From Candidatus Latescibacterota bacterium (GTDB lineage: Bacteria > Latescibacterota > UBA2968 > UBA8231), in the NCBI GenBank assembly GCA_965215195.1, contig CBDCDC010000002.1:1184001-1248000 (forward strand): a stretch of 64,000 nucleotides of DNA, given 5' to 3'. Every line of letters begins with the position of its first letter. Position 1 is the first letter of the stretch. A program made the translations under genes and the position numbers. The notes under the pieces are model-generated. The model saw only the letters and a list, made by a program, of their open reading frames with translations. It was not told the DNA's origin and did no database searches. Below, in pieces: positions 19,684 to 29,540 of this stretch.

Positions 19684-21882
19684 ATGACCATTGAGACCCG
19701 CTTCGACATCCCACTAATTGCGACTTTGGCCCTCCGAGAAAAGCAAATTCAGCAACATTACCGCCCCATCATCGCCGTTCACAAGTGGTTCGCCCGCCGA
19801 CCGGGAACGCTCTTTCGCGCACTCGCCTTGGCCGAGTTTGGCGATGCCCCTCTCGCGGACCTGTTCTTTACTGCCAACAATTTTCCCGGGCGGCAGGTGG
19901 CCGATCCCTTCATGGGTGGCGGCACCCCGATCATCGAGGCCAACCGCGTCGGCTGCGATGTAACCGGCTTTGATATTAACCCCATGGCTTGGTGGATTGT
20001 CCGCGAAGAGATCGAGCATCTAGACCTCGCCCTGTACGAGCGCACCGCCAGCGAGCTGATCGGGGACCTCCACTCCGCGCTCGGCCCCTTCTACCACACC
20101 GACTGCCCCCTCTACGGCGACGAGGACGTACCCGTAAAATACTTCCTCTGGGTCAAGGTGCTCAACTGTGCGGCATGTGGCGAGCTGTTCGACCTTTTTC
20201 CCGGCTACCTGCTCTCAGAGGACGCCCGCCACCCCAAGAACGTCTTAGTTTGTGCCGCTTGCGGGGAACTGAATGAAGTGGCCGATCGCAAAACCCTCGG
20301 ACCGTGCCAGCACTGTCGCGCCGAGCTACGCCTGCAAGGTCCGGCCCGCCGCAGCCGCTGCGCCTGCCCTCACTGTGGTTGCGTCAACAAGTATCCACGC
20401 GGGGAGGCCGGTCCACCCCGGCACCGCCTATTTGCCATCGAATACTACAATCCCGCGCACAAGGCAGGTCACAAGGGGCGATTTTTTAAAAAACCGGACG
20501 ACAAGGATCTGGCTCAGGTCCAAGCGGCCGAAAAACAGTGGAACGACCTAAAGGCGCAGTTCGCGCCCACCCAAGAAATTCCCCCCGGCGATGAAACGAA
20601 CCGCTTGCGCCGCTGGGGTTATACCCAGTACCGACAGATGTTCAATCCGCGACAGCTCCTAGGGCTGGAACTGAGTTGTCGTCTCGTGTCCGAGGTGGCT
20701 GATGATCGCATCCGCCGCGCCTTGGCGACCAACTTTTCAGATTTGCTGCGCTACCAAAATATGCTCTGTCGCTACAATACATGGGCCCTCAAGTCCCTCG
20801 ACATCTTCTCAGTGCATGGGTTTCCCGTCGGCTTGATACAGTGCGAGTCGAATATATTTGGGATCAGCAACGGCAAGGGGGCGAACATTGGTTCCGGCGG
20901 CTGGTACAACATTATCGCCAAGTACGCAAAGGCCAAACGCTACTGCGACGATCCATTTGAGGTTTGCCGCAACGGCACTCGCAAATACGTCGTACCGGTC
21001 AAGGGCGAGTGGATCGGCACACAACGCGCTGGCGCGCGGGATCGCAACATCACTATTCGCTGCACCAGTGCCACTGCTGAAGTGCTCGGGTCGAACACCC
21101 TCGACGCTGTATTCACCGATCCTCCTTACCTCGGCAACGTCCAGTACGGCGAACTGATGGATTTCTGTTATGCGTGGCTGCGCCGCCTCATCGGTGCCCA
21201 AGCTGAGGGCTTTCACCGCAATTCCACGCGCTCGCCGCTCGAACTGACCGGCAACGCAACCCAAGCTCGGGGCCTCGCCCAATTTGCCGCCGGCCTCTCC
21301 GAAGTTTATCGGCGTATGGCCGCTGCCCTAAAGCCGGGTGCCCCCCTCGTTTTCACCTATCACCACAACAAGCTAGAGGCGTACTATGCAGCGGGCGTCG
21401 CCATCCTCGACTCCGGTCTAACCTGCTCGGCCTCTCTCCCTTGCCCGGCAGAAATGGCCGGTTCCATCCACATTCACGGTACAAACTCATCCATCGTCGA
21501 TACCATTTTCGTCTGTCGGGCGACGGGTACGACTCTGCGCCGCTGGCTCTTTGAGACGCCCGAGCAACTTGCGACCATCGTCGCCGAAGACTGCGATCAA
21601 CTCTGCGCCGCCGAATATGAGCCTACGCCCGGGGATATCCGTTGTATCGTCTTTGGGCACTTAACCCGAATGGCGGTCTGGAATCTACGGTGCGGATGGG
21701 ATGGCGAGCGGCCCACGCAGGAAAAATTGGACCACTTTGCCGCGGCAGTCGCCCAGCTCGGGGATCCCGACCATATACGCGAAATCCTCCCTGTTGGAAA
21801 ACTCGCGTTATCCGCTGCCGCCGGTCCCCTGTTTGCCTCTAATAGCTTCGCCGAGGAAATGCGCGATGAAGTTTGCTTTTGA
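19684..21882 (+). CDS. Amino-DNA methyltransferase with Zn ribbons (COG1743-like, alpha motif order)
   Basis: HKWFARR, motif I DPFMGGGT, four CxxC pairs, motif IV TDPPY. Confidence 0.9.
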   Translation: MTIETRFDIPLIATLALREKQIQQHYRPIIAVHKWFARRPGTLFRALALAEFGDAPLADLFFTANNFPGRQVADPFMGGGTPIIEANRVGCDVTGFDINPMAWWIVREEIEHLDLALYERTASELIGDLHSALGPFYHTDCPLYGDEDVPVKYFLWVKVLNCAACGELFDLFPGYLLSEDARHPKNVLVCAACGELNEVADRKTLGPCQHCRAELRLQGPARRSRCACPHCGCVNKYPRGEAGPPRHRLFAIEYYNPAHKAGHKGRFFKKPDDKDLAQVQAAEKQWNDLKAQFAPTQEIPPGDETNRLRRWGYTQYRQMFNPRQLLGLELSCRLVSEVADDRIRRALATNFSDLLRYQNMLCRYNTWALKSLDIFSVHGFPVGLIQCESNIFGISNGKGANIGSGGWYNIIAKYAKAKRYCDDPFEVCRNGTRKYVVPVKGEWIGTQRAGARDRNITIRCTSATAEVLGSNTLDAVFTDPPYLGNVQYGELMDFCYAWLRRLIGAQAEGFHRNSTRSPLELTGNATQARGLAQFAAGLSEVYRRMAAALKPGAPLVFTYHHNKLEAYYAAGVAILDSGLTCSASLPCPAEMAGSIHIHGTNSSIVDTIFVCRATGTTLRRWLFETPEQLATIVAEDCDQLCAAEYEPTPGDIRCIVFGHLTRMAVWNLRCGWDGERPTQEKLDHFAAAVAQLGDPDHIREILPVGKLALSAAAGPLFASNSFAEEMRDEVCF

Positions 21883-22903
21883 GGACACCTTTGATGGAGT
21901 GCAAGCCAACCTCGACGCTTATGTAGATGAGGTGTTCGCCAGCTTGGACTCAAAGTTTCTAGTCATGCCCTGAGGAGTCGGTTTCGTGGAATACGCAACT
22001 TTTGCGCGTGGGTACGAAGCCCTAAAACAGGCTACCGCTAACTTTCGAGAGGTGACCCCGGCAATCATTGCGCCGGTCGTATTCAAGCTGCCGATTGCGT
22101 TTATCGTCCTCCGCTGCATGTTGGGTTTCACGCCGCCGGAATGGGCTTACTACGCCACGCAAGAGACCAACGCGGAGATTCCGCAAGGAGCGGTGCGTAC
22201 TCTCGACCGAAAAATCCGCCTGCGACCAGAAACGCCGCTCGCACAGGATAGCGGCATGACAGAGCAGCGCATCAATGCCCTAATCGCCGTTGCCTGCCAA
22301 ATCCTCAATCAGGGAGCTCCCTCTGTTGCTCCCAACGCGATTCACCGGCTCGACAAAGCCGATACTTCCGATGGGCTAACTGGCGTCCAAGCCCTCGCTG
22401 TTCTGGGCGTTCCCTATGCTATGTTGCTCTACGAACGCTTCTTGGGAAGGCCCTTTGCCAGTCACCGGGATTCAGTCAGTGAACTAGTCGGCGATCTCGT
22501 CGAAAACTCAATCGAAGCCGTACTATATCGCGCCGGCATTAGTTTCCGCAAGACCAGACGCGCCGAACGCCTACCCAACTTCGCACTAGCCCCAGACTTT
22601 ATCGTCCCTGACGAGTACAATCCACAGGTCGTCATTGAGGCCAAGCTCGCCGAGGACGATGGCTCTGTTCGCGATAAAATAACTCGCATCGAACGACTCG
22701 CTGCCGATCAGCCTAAATTTGAGGTAGTTGCTTGTATCGCCGGACGCGGCTTCAAAATCCGCCGCGAGGATGTGGGAAAGCTATTACTAGCTACAAGGGG
22801 CAAGGTTTTTACCTTGCAAAATTTAAATCAAATCGTAGAACACACGCGCCTGCGCGAATTCCACCCAAGCGTTCCGCCTTCGAAGTGCATTTCGGAGCCG
22901 TAG
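21866..22903 (+). pseudogene. PD-(D/E)XK restriction endonuclease with an in-frame TGA at codon 36
   Basis: ATG at 21866 overlaps the MTase end: MKFAFEDTF...FLVMP*GVGFVEY... in one frame. Catalytic PDFIVP...IEAK motif. Confidence 0.75.
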
Positions 22904-22927
22904 AACACACGCGCCTGCGCGAATTCC
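22834..22927 (+). repeat. 29-bp direct repeat at the REase 3' end
   Basis: cgtagaacacacgcgcctgcgcgaattcc at 22834-22862 and 22899-22927. Confidence 0.9.
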
Positions 22928-22961
22928 GCCCCCAACCAGCCTCCGATAGCGAAGACTAATC

Positions 22962-23434
22962 GCCAAGCCGACTTATCGGCCCTCGCGGGCGAAAACGTCG
23001 GCCTCCGCTTTCACCTGTACAAAGCCAAGCTGTTTTCGGTATCTATTTGAAGCGGCCAGCGAACACCGCGGCCATGCCGCCCAAGCGCTGCGCCATGCGC
23101 TCGAATGCGTCGCGGCGATAGTCCCAGTTGCCCCACCGCGCCACCTGCTCCAGCCAATCGCATAGGTGAATCCGCACTAGATCGTTGAAGTCCCGCTCGG
23201 TCATCTCAGTGGAATCGCCGGTCAGGCGGTTGCCAAAATCGCGTCAAAGACAGCGGATTCAAGCGGAGCCGGTTCTTGCTTTAGCACTGACGAACCGGTA
23301 CGTTTTCGTACAGTTTCTCCTGCCACTCCAGTACTGGTGATTCCGCAATGACCATTGAGACCCGCTTCGACATCCCACTAATTGCGACTTTGGCCCTCCG
23401 AGAAAAGCAAATTCAGCAACATTACCGCCCCATC
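22962..23434 (+). repeat. Long direct repeat, copy B
   Basis: Matches 19294-19770; breaks off at MTase codon 29 and is followed by the AAA-nuclease gene. Confidence 0.95.
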
Positions 23435-23471
23435 CAAGCGGTCTGATGGATCGGCCCCAGGAGAAATGGCC

Positions 23472-25025
23472 ATGAACAAACGCGTACTTCCCATCGGCAT
23501 TCAGACCTTCCGCGAGATTCGCGCGCGCGAGTGCTACTACGTTGACAAGACCGCCTACATCCGGCGGCTGCTCAACGAGGGCAAGCACTACTTCCTGTCG
23601 CGTCCCCGGCGCTTCGGCAAGAGCCTGTTCTTGGACACGCTCAAGGAAGTGTTCGAGGGCAACGAGCCCCTGTTTGCGGGGCTTTATATCCACGACCATT
23701 GGGATTGGTCGGTGCGCCATCCGGTCCTGCGGCTCAGCTTTGGCAGCGGCAACTTCAAGGTGCCCGGCTACGTGGAGACGAACCTGATGGCGCAATTGGA
23801 CGCGGTCGAACGCCGCACCGGTGTGGCGTCGGACTACGCCACCGGAGCGGAGCGATTCGCGTACCTGTTGGAAGCACTGCACGACCAAGCCGGGCAGCCA
23901 GTGGCGGTGCTGATCGACGAATACGACAAGCCCATTGTCGATGCGCTGGAGGTGCCGGACATAGCTCGCGCCAACCGCGACTTTTTGCGCGGCCTGTATG
24001 CGGTCATCAAGGACAGCGACGCGCACATCCGCTTCACGTTCATCACCGGGGTAAGCAAGTTTTCCAAGGTCAGCCTGTTTTCCGGCCTCAACAATCTCAC
24101 GGACATTACCCTTGAACCGGAGTACTCAGCGATCTGCGGCTACTCGGACGCCGATTTGGACGCGGTGTTCGCGCCGGAACTGCCCGGCTTGGATCGGGAC
24201 CAGATCCGCGACTGGTACAACGGCTATAGTTGGCTCGGCGACGAAAAGGTGTACAACCCCTTCGACATCCTGCTGCTGTTTCGCAACCGCGAGTTCAAAG
24301 CTCACTGGTTTGAGACCGGGACGCCGACATTCCTAGTCGAAACGCTGGGCAAACGCCGCGTCAGTTCGTTGGAGTTAAGTGAGATGGTCGGCAGCGACGA
24401 GTTACTATCGACCTTCGATGTCGATGCCATCGCCACCGAGGCCCTGCTGTTCCAGACCGGCTACCTGACCATCACCAACGCCGAGGAGCTTGGCGGCGAG
24501 CAGCTCTACCAGTTGGGCTATCCCAACCGGGAGGTGCGCCAGAGCCTGAACCGCAGCTTGCTGCGCTACTTGGTGCAGGACTCAACGCGGCAGATGGCCA
24601 ACAGCATCCGGCTCTACCGACTGCTCGAAGCCAACGATTTCGCCGGGCTAGAGACGCTGTTCCACGCCTTTTTCGCCAGCATTCCCTACGAGTGGTACAC
24701 GAACAACGACATCGCCGGGTACGAGGGGTACTACGCCAGCGTGTTCTACTCCTATTTCGCGGCGCTGGGATTGGACATCAGGGTGGAGGACAGCAGTAGT
24801 CACGGCCGGCTGGACATGGCGGTTTTGTTCAACGGCCACGTCTATCTGTTTGAGTTCAAGGTGGTCGAACTAGCGTCAGCGGGTGCGGCGATGGCGCAGT
24901 TGCAGGAGCGGCGGTATGCGGACAAATATCGCGCCTTGGGGCAGCCGATTCACCTGATTGGCGTGGAGTTCAGCAAAGATGAGCGCAATGTCGCGGCGTT
25001 TGACGTGGAGCGAGGGGGAGCGTGA
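23472..25025 (+). CDS. AAA-ATPase-like plus PD-(D/E)XK (PDDEXK_9-type) nuclease
   Basis: LPIGIQTF..YVDKT, RPRRFGKS, LIDEYDKP, EGYYAS, GRLDM..FEFK; own AGGAGA RBS. Confidence 0.92.
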   Translation: MNKRVLPIGIQTFREIRARECYYVDKTAYIRRLLNEGKHYFLSRPRRFGKSLFLDTLKEVFEGNEPLFAGLYIHDHWDWSVRHPVLRLSFGSGNFKVPGYVETNLMAQLDAVERRTGVASDYATGAERFAYLLEALHDQAGQPVAVLIDEYDKPIVDALEVPDIARANRDFLRGLYAVIKDSDAHIRFTFITGVSKFSKVSLFSGLNNLTDITLEPEYSAICGYSDADLDAVFAPELPGLDRDQIRDWYNGYSWLGDEKVYNPFDILLLFRNREFKAHWFETGTPTFLVETLGKRRVSSLELSEMVGSDELLSTFDVDAIATEALLFQTGYLTITNAEELGGEQLYQLGYPNREVRQSLNRSLLRYLVQDSTRQMANSIRLYRLLEANDFAGLETLFHAFFASIPYEWYTNNDIAGYEGYYASVFYSYFAALGLDIRVEDSSSHGRLDMAVLFNGHVYLFEFKVVELASAGAAMAQLQERRYADKYRALGQPIHLIGVEFSKDERNVAAFDVERGGA

Positions 25026-25140
25026 CAAACCGCCATAGTCGCTTACCTCGCCGCCACCGCACCGGCCTATACGGGCAGCGTCTGGGCAGTCCAGTGGTCT
25101 GTGATCTGCGACCTAGCCCTACTCTACTAACCTGACCACT

Positions 25141-25330
25141 GTATCTATTTAAGACGACCCGCGAACACCTCGGCGAACCGCTCCTCGGCCGTGCCGCCCA
25201 AACGCTGCGCCATGCGCTCGAAGGCGGCGCGGCGATAGTCCCATTAGCCCCACCGCGCCACCTGCTCCAGCCAGTCGCACAGGTGGATCCGCACTAGATC
25301 GTTGAAGTCCCGCTCGGTCATCTCAATGGA
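25141..25330 (+). repeat. Third, shorter and more diverged copy (C) of the gene-remnant part of the repeat
   Basis: gtatctattt...ggtcatctca; minus strand reads MTERDFNDLVRIHLCDWLEQVARWG*WDYRRAAFERMAQRLGGTAEERFAEVFAGRLK*. Confidence 0.88.
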
Positions 25331-25442
25331 TTATCTCTTCTCGTTGGTCCAGACCCTGTTGTGGATCGGCTTGGGGCAGCCTCGCGTCCCCGACGGCTCA
25401 GCACTCGGCACCCAACCAGCGACAATAAGAGACCAGAGTTGC

Positions 25443-27815
25443 TTAGAACGAAAAACTCACCCCCAGCCACAAATTGGCGGGATTCCCCGGGGTGAAGTGG
25501 ATCTCCGAAACAGGTTCCTCTTCGTCTCGCAGACGCGATTCAGTGTCAAATTGCGCTTCGTTCCACGTCGTATTTAGCACGTTCTCTACGCCCAAGTTCA
25601 ATCGCCAAGCCCCTAGGCGATAGGCGCCCTTGAAATCGACGACAGTATAGCCCTCGGCCGTGATACTACCGTCCTCGTTGGCGGGCCGGTCGCCGACGTG
25701 GCGGTATCGCAAGCTGCCTTCCAGACCATTGGGATGATACCAGGTCAAGCCCCCGGTAGAGGTCCGTTGAGGGGCCAGCGGAATCTCATTGGCGTCGTCG
25801 GGTTCGTCCACGGCCTCACCCCGGGCGAGATTGAGGTCGAGATCGGCCCACAGCCATGAACGCAGTTGGAGACGGGCTTCTATATCTAGCCCCTCCCGCC
25901 GGGTTCTCCCGCTGGCTTCGGTGGTACCAGCATCGCCGACAAAGACGAATTCGCTCGCTAGGTCCAACCACCAAATAGCCGCCCCCAAATTCAACCGCTC
26001 GAACAACCGGGTCCGCAGGCCGGTTTCGGCTCCCACAGCCCGCGGTAGGGTCCCTTCTTCGAGGTGTCCCGGATCTATGTGCCGTCCCGCTAACTCAACG
26101 GCAATGTCAGCCTCGCTGCGCCCATCGCGCCGCATGACCCGACGAATTTGCGCGGCGCGTGCGTCAATGACGTTGTTGCGGGCGTCGTTGGAATGGAAGC
26201 CCGTGCCGAAATTGGCAAAAAAGTCCAAGGCGCGGCTAGGGCTATACGCCAAGATCACTTTTGGGCTGAATATGGAGGCGTGGGCAAAGCCCGAGGCGTG
26301 GGGCAACTCGGTGCGGTGCCCTTCGAGATGATCGTCAACATTGAAGGTGAAATAATCGCCGCGCAGTCCCAGCACCAGTTTCAGACGCGGGGTGAGGATG
26401 AGTTCTTCTTGGCCCCACAGGAACAGGTTGCGCTCCACCACATCGGCATCGACCAGAGGCGCTAGGCGCTGGCGATTGGGACTTTTCCACAACTCCACGT
26501 CCGCATTATCGGCGCGCAGGCCGCCCCCTATCTCGGTGTGGGCCAAGTACGGGCCTACGTTGTGATAGAAAGAATAGCGGCTGTTGATTCCGGTGACCTG
26601 TCGGGTATCAGTCTGTTCGATGACGTCGCCGCGCTCGGGATCGTTGAGGAAGAAGGTGAAGTTGGAGAACAACTTGAACTGGTAGTTGACCAGATACGCC
26701 TGCAGATCGAAGGTGCTGGTGCCCTCTTCTTGGACGTGGAAATTGACTTGGAAATCTTGGCGGCCGGTGGTGCCTCCCTCCAGATCGTCAATGGCACCCC
26801 AGCGGTCGATGAGACCCTGCTCAACCGCTCGTTGGGGGATCTGCCCAGAGGCATCCCAAGCCGAACTGAACCCGCTAGTGGTCAGGGTGAGGGTGGAGCG
26901 GTCGGAAAGGTGGTTGTGGTATTTGCCAAAGAGATTGAAGCGTTGCAGGCCCTGAGGCTGGTTGACTGGGCCATCGGTGTGGTAGTACTTGCTAGCGAAA
27001 TAAGCGCTTTGTTTGGTATCGGCCAGCGGAATCTGGTATAGCATGGTGTACTCGGCCGTATTGAAACCACCCCCTTCGAGGTGAATGGCGTTGCCGTCGA
27101 GATGATCCCGGGTGCGATAGGCGATAGCCCCGGCGGTAGCTAGATTGCCGAATTCGGCAAAGTACGGCCCTTTCTTGACTTCTAGTTCCTCGACCACTTC
27201 GGGAATGAGGAAGTGCAGGTCGGCGTAGCCTTGCCCATGGCCGTGAGAGACCATATTCACGGGGATTCCATCCACCGAGATGGCCACATCAGTACCGTGG
27301 TCAGCGTCAAAGCCGCGCAGAAAGATCTGTTCGGCTTTGCCGCCGCCAGCGTGTTGGGCAATGATGAGGCCGGGGGCTAGTTGCAGCATCTGATGGGCCG
27401 TGTGGTTGGGCCGGGTTTGCAGGTCGAATTGGCGCACCGCCCGCGAGGAGGCCGCCGAAAAGGCTCGGTCGGCTTGGATCAGCATTTCGCCCATGTACAC
27501 CGGGCTGGGAGTCAGGGCGGCGGTCAAGCCGGCTTTCTCGCCAGATTCCACCTGCACGGTCTTGGTAAGGGTGGCATAACCGATCAAACTGATTTCCACT
27601 TGGTAGGTGCCGCTGGGCACGGCCGGCAATATGAACCGACCTTCCGGGTCCGTGGTAGCCCCCAGCAAAGTCTCCACGAGGCGAATGTTGGCTCCTAGCA
27701 GCGGCGTACCGCTGTCCGCGTCAGTTACCGTACCGCTTAGACTGGCTGTCTGGGCCGTTAGAGGATGGACGGCTAGCAAAGCCGCCAAGATCGACATACA
27801 AATCATACTGCTCAT
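25443..27815 (-). CDS. TonB-dependent receptor, possibly for metal uptake
   Basis: Carboxypeptidase-regulatory-like N domain; plug QHAGGGKAEQIFLRGFDADHGTD...SHGHGQGYAD; C-terminal Phe. Confidence 0.9.
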   Translation of the reverse strand: MSSMICMSILAALLAVHPLTAQTASLSGTVTDADSGTPLLGANIRLVETLLGATTDPEGRFILPAVPSGTYQVEISLIGYATLTKTVQVESGEKAGLTAALTPSPVYMGEMLIQADRAFSAASSRAVRQFDLQTRPNHTAHQMLQLAPGLIIAQHAGGGKAEQIFLRGFDADHGTDVAISVDGIPVNMVSHGHGQGYADLHFLIPEVVEELEVKKGPYFAEFGNLATAGAIAYRTRDHLDGNAIHLEGGGFNTAEYTMLYQIPLADTKQSAYFASKYYHTDGPVNQPQGLQRFNLFGKYHNHLSDRSTLTLTTSGFSSAWDASGQIPQRAVEQGLIDRWGAIDDLEGGTTGRQDFQVNFHVQEEGTSTFDLQAYLVNYQFKLFSNFTFFLNDPERGDVIEQTDTRQVTGINSRYSFYHNVGPYLAHTEIGGGLRADNADVELWKSPNRQRLAPLVDADVVERNLFLWGQEELILTPRLKLVLGLRGDYFTFNVDDHLEGHRTELPHASGFAHASIFSPKVILAYSPSRALDFFANFGTGFHSNDARNNVIDARAAQIRRVMRRDGRSEADIAVELAGRHIDPGHLEEGTLPRAVGAETGLRTRLFERLNLGAAIWWLDLASEFVFVGDAGTTEASGRTRREGLDIEARLQLRSWLWADLDLNLARGEAVDEPDDANEIPLAPQRTSTGGLTWYHPNGLEGSLRYRHVGDRPANEDGSITAEGYTVVDFKGAYRLGAWRLNLGVENVLNTTWNEAQFDTESRLRDEEEPVSEIHFTPGNPANLWLGVSFSF

Positions 27816-27906
27816 AAACCCCTGCTCCTTTCGAGGGCAAAATATCTCCAGGCACCCCATCTCTCAGCGGATTCGTCTGGGGTGCCGCTTTACACGCAAA
27901 AAATAG

Positions 27907-27929
27907 AATTTGTTGTAACTAAACATAAT
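27907..27929. promoter_or_regulatory. AT-rich imperfect palindrome, possible Fur/Zur-family box
   Basis: TGTT-gtaacta-AACA (27911-27925) in an AT island upstream of the receptor gene. Confidence 0.3.
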
Positions 27930-28092
27930 AATAAAACGGCGTTACACCCGACGAGCGAGCAGCATCGCCCAACTGTCATTATCGGTCGCAGCCCCGCAAC
28001 ACTCACCCGGCCCCAAATGACTTGCGCCCCGTGGCCCAAGCAAATAGTATAAACCGAAATTCAACAGACCCAGCAAAACACGGGGAAGGAAC

Positions 28093-28827
28093 ATGAAGAA
28101 AAAACTTTTCATCACCGGCGCGGCCGGCAAAGTCGGGTCCGGCCTGCGCCGCCACCTCAAAGACCGCTACGACTTCCGCCTGCTCTTCCACCGCAACATC
28201 CCCCCGGTTGAGCCAAACGACGAAATCGTGGTCTCCGACCTCGCCAACTTCGAGAACATGGTCGAGGCCTGCGAAGGCATCGACACCATCGTCCACCTCG
28301 GCATCGCCATTACCCAGCGGGGCTATCCGCGCACGCGCTACAACCAGATGATCATGGAGACCAATATCGAGGGCACCTATAACATCTTTGAGGCCGCCCG
28401 CATCAACAAGGTCCCGGTCGTCGTCTTTGCCAGCACCAACCACGTAACCGGCTTTTACGAAAAAGAAGGCATCTACACCACCCCGGACATGCCCATCCGC
28501 CCGGACAGCATGTACGGCGTCAGCAAGGCCTTCGGCGAAGCGCTCGGCCGCTTTTACTACGACGAGTACGGCATCTCCACTTACTGCCTCCGCATCGCCA
28601 ACTATCCCGATACCGAGGAAGTCAACAGCACTTATCCCCCCGGGGAAAACCGCTGGCTCAGCGCCCGCGATGTGTCCGAGCTGACCGCCTGCTGCATCGA
28701 GGCCCCGCGGCCCCAATTTGGCATCTTCTATGGGGTCTCGCAGGGCGCGGACAAAAAATGGGACCTCGCCAACGCCAAGCAACTCGTCGGCTGGGAGCCC
28801 CAAGACCGCGGCGCACCCTCGCCGTGA
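28093..28827 (+). CDS. NAD-dependent epimerase/dehydratase (uronate dehydrogenase-like)
   Basis: ITGAAGKVG, FASTNHVTGFY, RPDSMYGVSKAFGE, WLSARD. Confidence 0.88.
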   Translation: MKKKLFITGAAGKVGSGLRRHLKDRYDFRLLFHRNIPPVEPNDEIVVSDLANFENMVEACEGIDTIVHLGIAITQRGYPRTRYNQMIMETNIEGTYNIFEAARINKVPVVVFASTNHVTGFYEKEGIYTTPDMPIRPDSMYGVSKAFGEALGRFYYDEYGISTYCLRIANYPDTEEVNSTYPPGENRWLSARDVSELTACCIEAPRPQFGIFYGVSQGADKKWDLANAKQLVGWEPQDRGAPSP

Positions 28828-29474
28828 CCAACGTGGCCGACTTGGGCGGCGGCTACGCAGAGTCCGCACCCGACCCCGGCCCCACCATAGCAGCCCTCCT
28901 GCAAGCCGCCCGCCCCGGCAGCCCGTCCTCTCGCCTCGTGATCTTGAGCGGTCCGCCCGGGGTCGGCAAAACGGCCGTCGCCCAAGCTCTTCTCGCGCTC
29001 TGCCCCCACACCTTTCTCCTCGACAAAGACCAAACGGCCGCTGGTTTTATCCTCGAAGCGGCCGCGCTGCAGGGCGACGCGCCCAACGCGGCCTACGGCA
29101 CTCCGCACTACTGGCAAAAGCTCCGTCCCCTCGAATATGCCAGCGCCCTCGCTGCCGCTTGCGCCAACCTCGTCGGCACCCGCCAAGTCCTCCTCGTCGG
29201 CGGTTTTGGCCCCGAGTTGGGCGCGGACGACCTCTGGGAAGGCCTAGCTGCCAACATCGCCCCGGCCACCCTCGGCGTCCTCCACCTCGACCCGCCGCCC
29301 TTGGACAGTTGGCGCACCCGCATGGCCGGCCGCGGCTCCCGCGCCGACGCGCCCTACTTTGCCCATCTCGCGCGGGCCCTCGGCAACCTCCCCGTCTGGG
29401 CTGGGGCCGTCCGCATCCCGACCGACGGCCCCCTGCACTCGGTCGTCCAACGCGCCCTCAACGCCCTCGGCTGA
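28824..29474 (+). CDS. P-loop nucleotide kinase-like protein
   Basis: Walker A GPPGVGKT, LDKD; GTG overlaps the previous stop. Confidence 0.7.
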   Translation: MTNVADLGGGYAESAPDPGPTIAALLQAARPGSPSSRLVILSGPPGVGKTAVAQALLALCPHTFLLDKDQTAAGFILEAAALQGDAPNAAYGTPHYWQKLRPLEYASALAAACANLVGTRQVLLVGGFGPELGADDLWEGLAANIAPATLGVLHLDPPPLDSWRTRMAGRGSRADAPYFAHLARALGNLPVWAGAVRIPTDGPLHSVVQRALNALG

Positions 29475-29540
29475 AGGCGCAAAGGCCGCGTGCGCTGCGG
29501 TTGACTTTTCTTGGTTCTACCCTTTATTTTTTAGGATGTT

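Larger units (their letters stand above)
19294..19770 (+). repeat. Long direct repeat, copy A (3' end of the hydrolase gene, gene remnant, promoter, first 87 bp of the MTase)
   Basis: Near-identical to 22962-23434, with a few SNPs and a 4-bp indel (cact). Confidence 0.95.

Noticed and set aside
21971-21973. Selenocysteine or alternative genetic code at the REase TGA
   Set aside because: TGA terminates many core genes here (efp, gcvH, scpA, mutS); there is no convincing SECIS or redox context.
23382-23471. N-terminal extension or MTase fusion of the AAA-nuclease
   Set aside because: The extension is an off-frame reading of the duplicated MTase start; the gene has its own RBS and start near 23466-23472.
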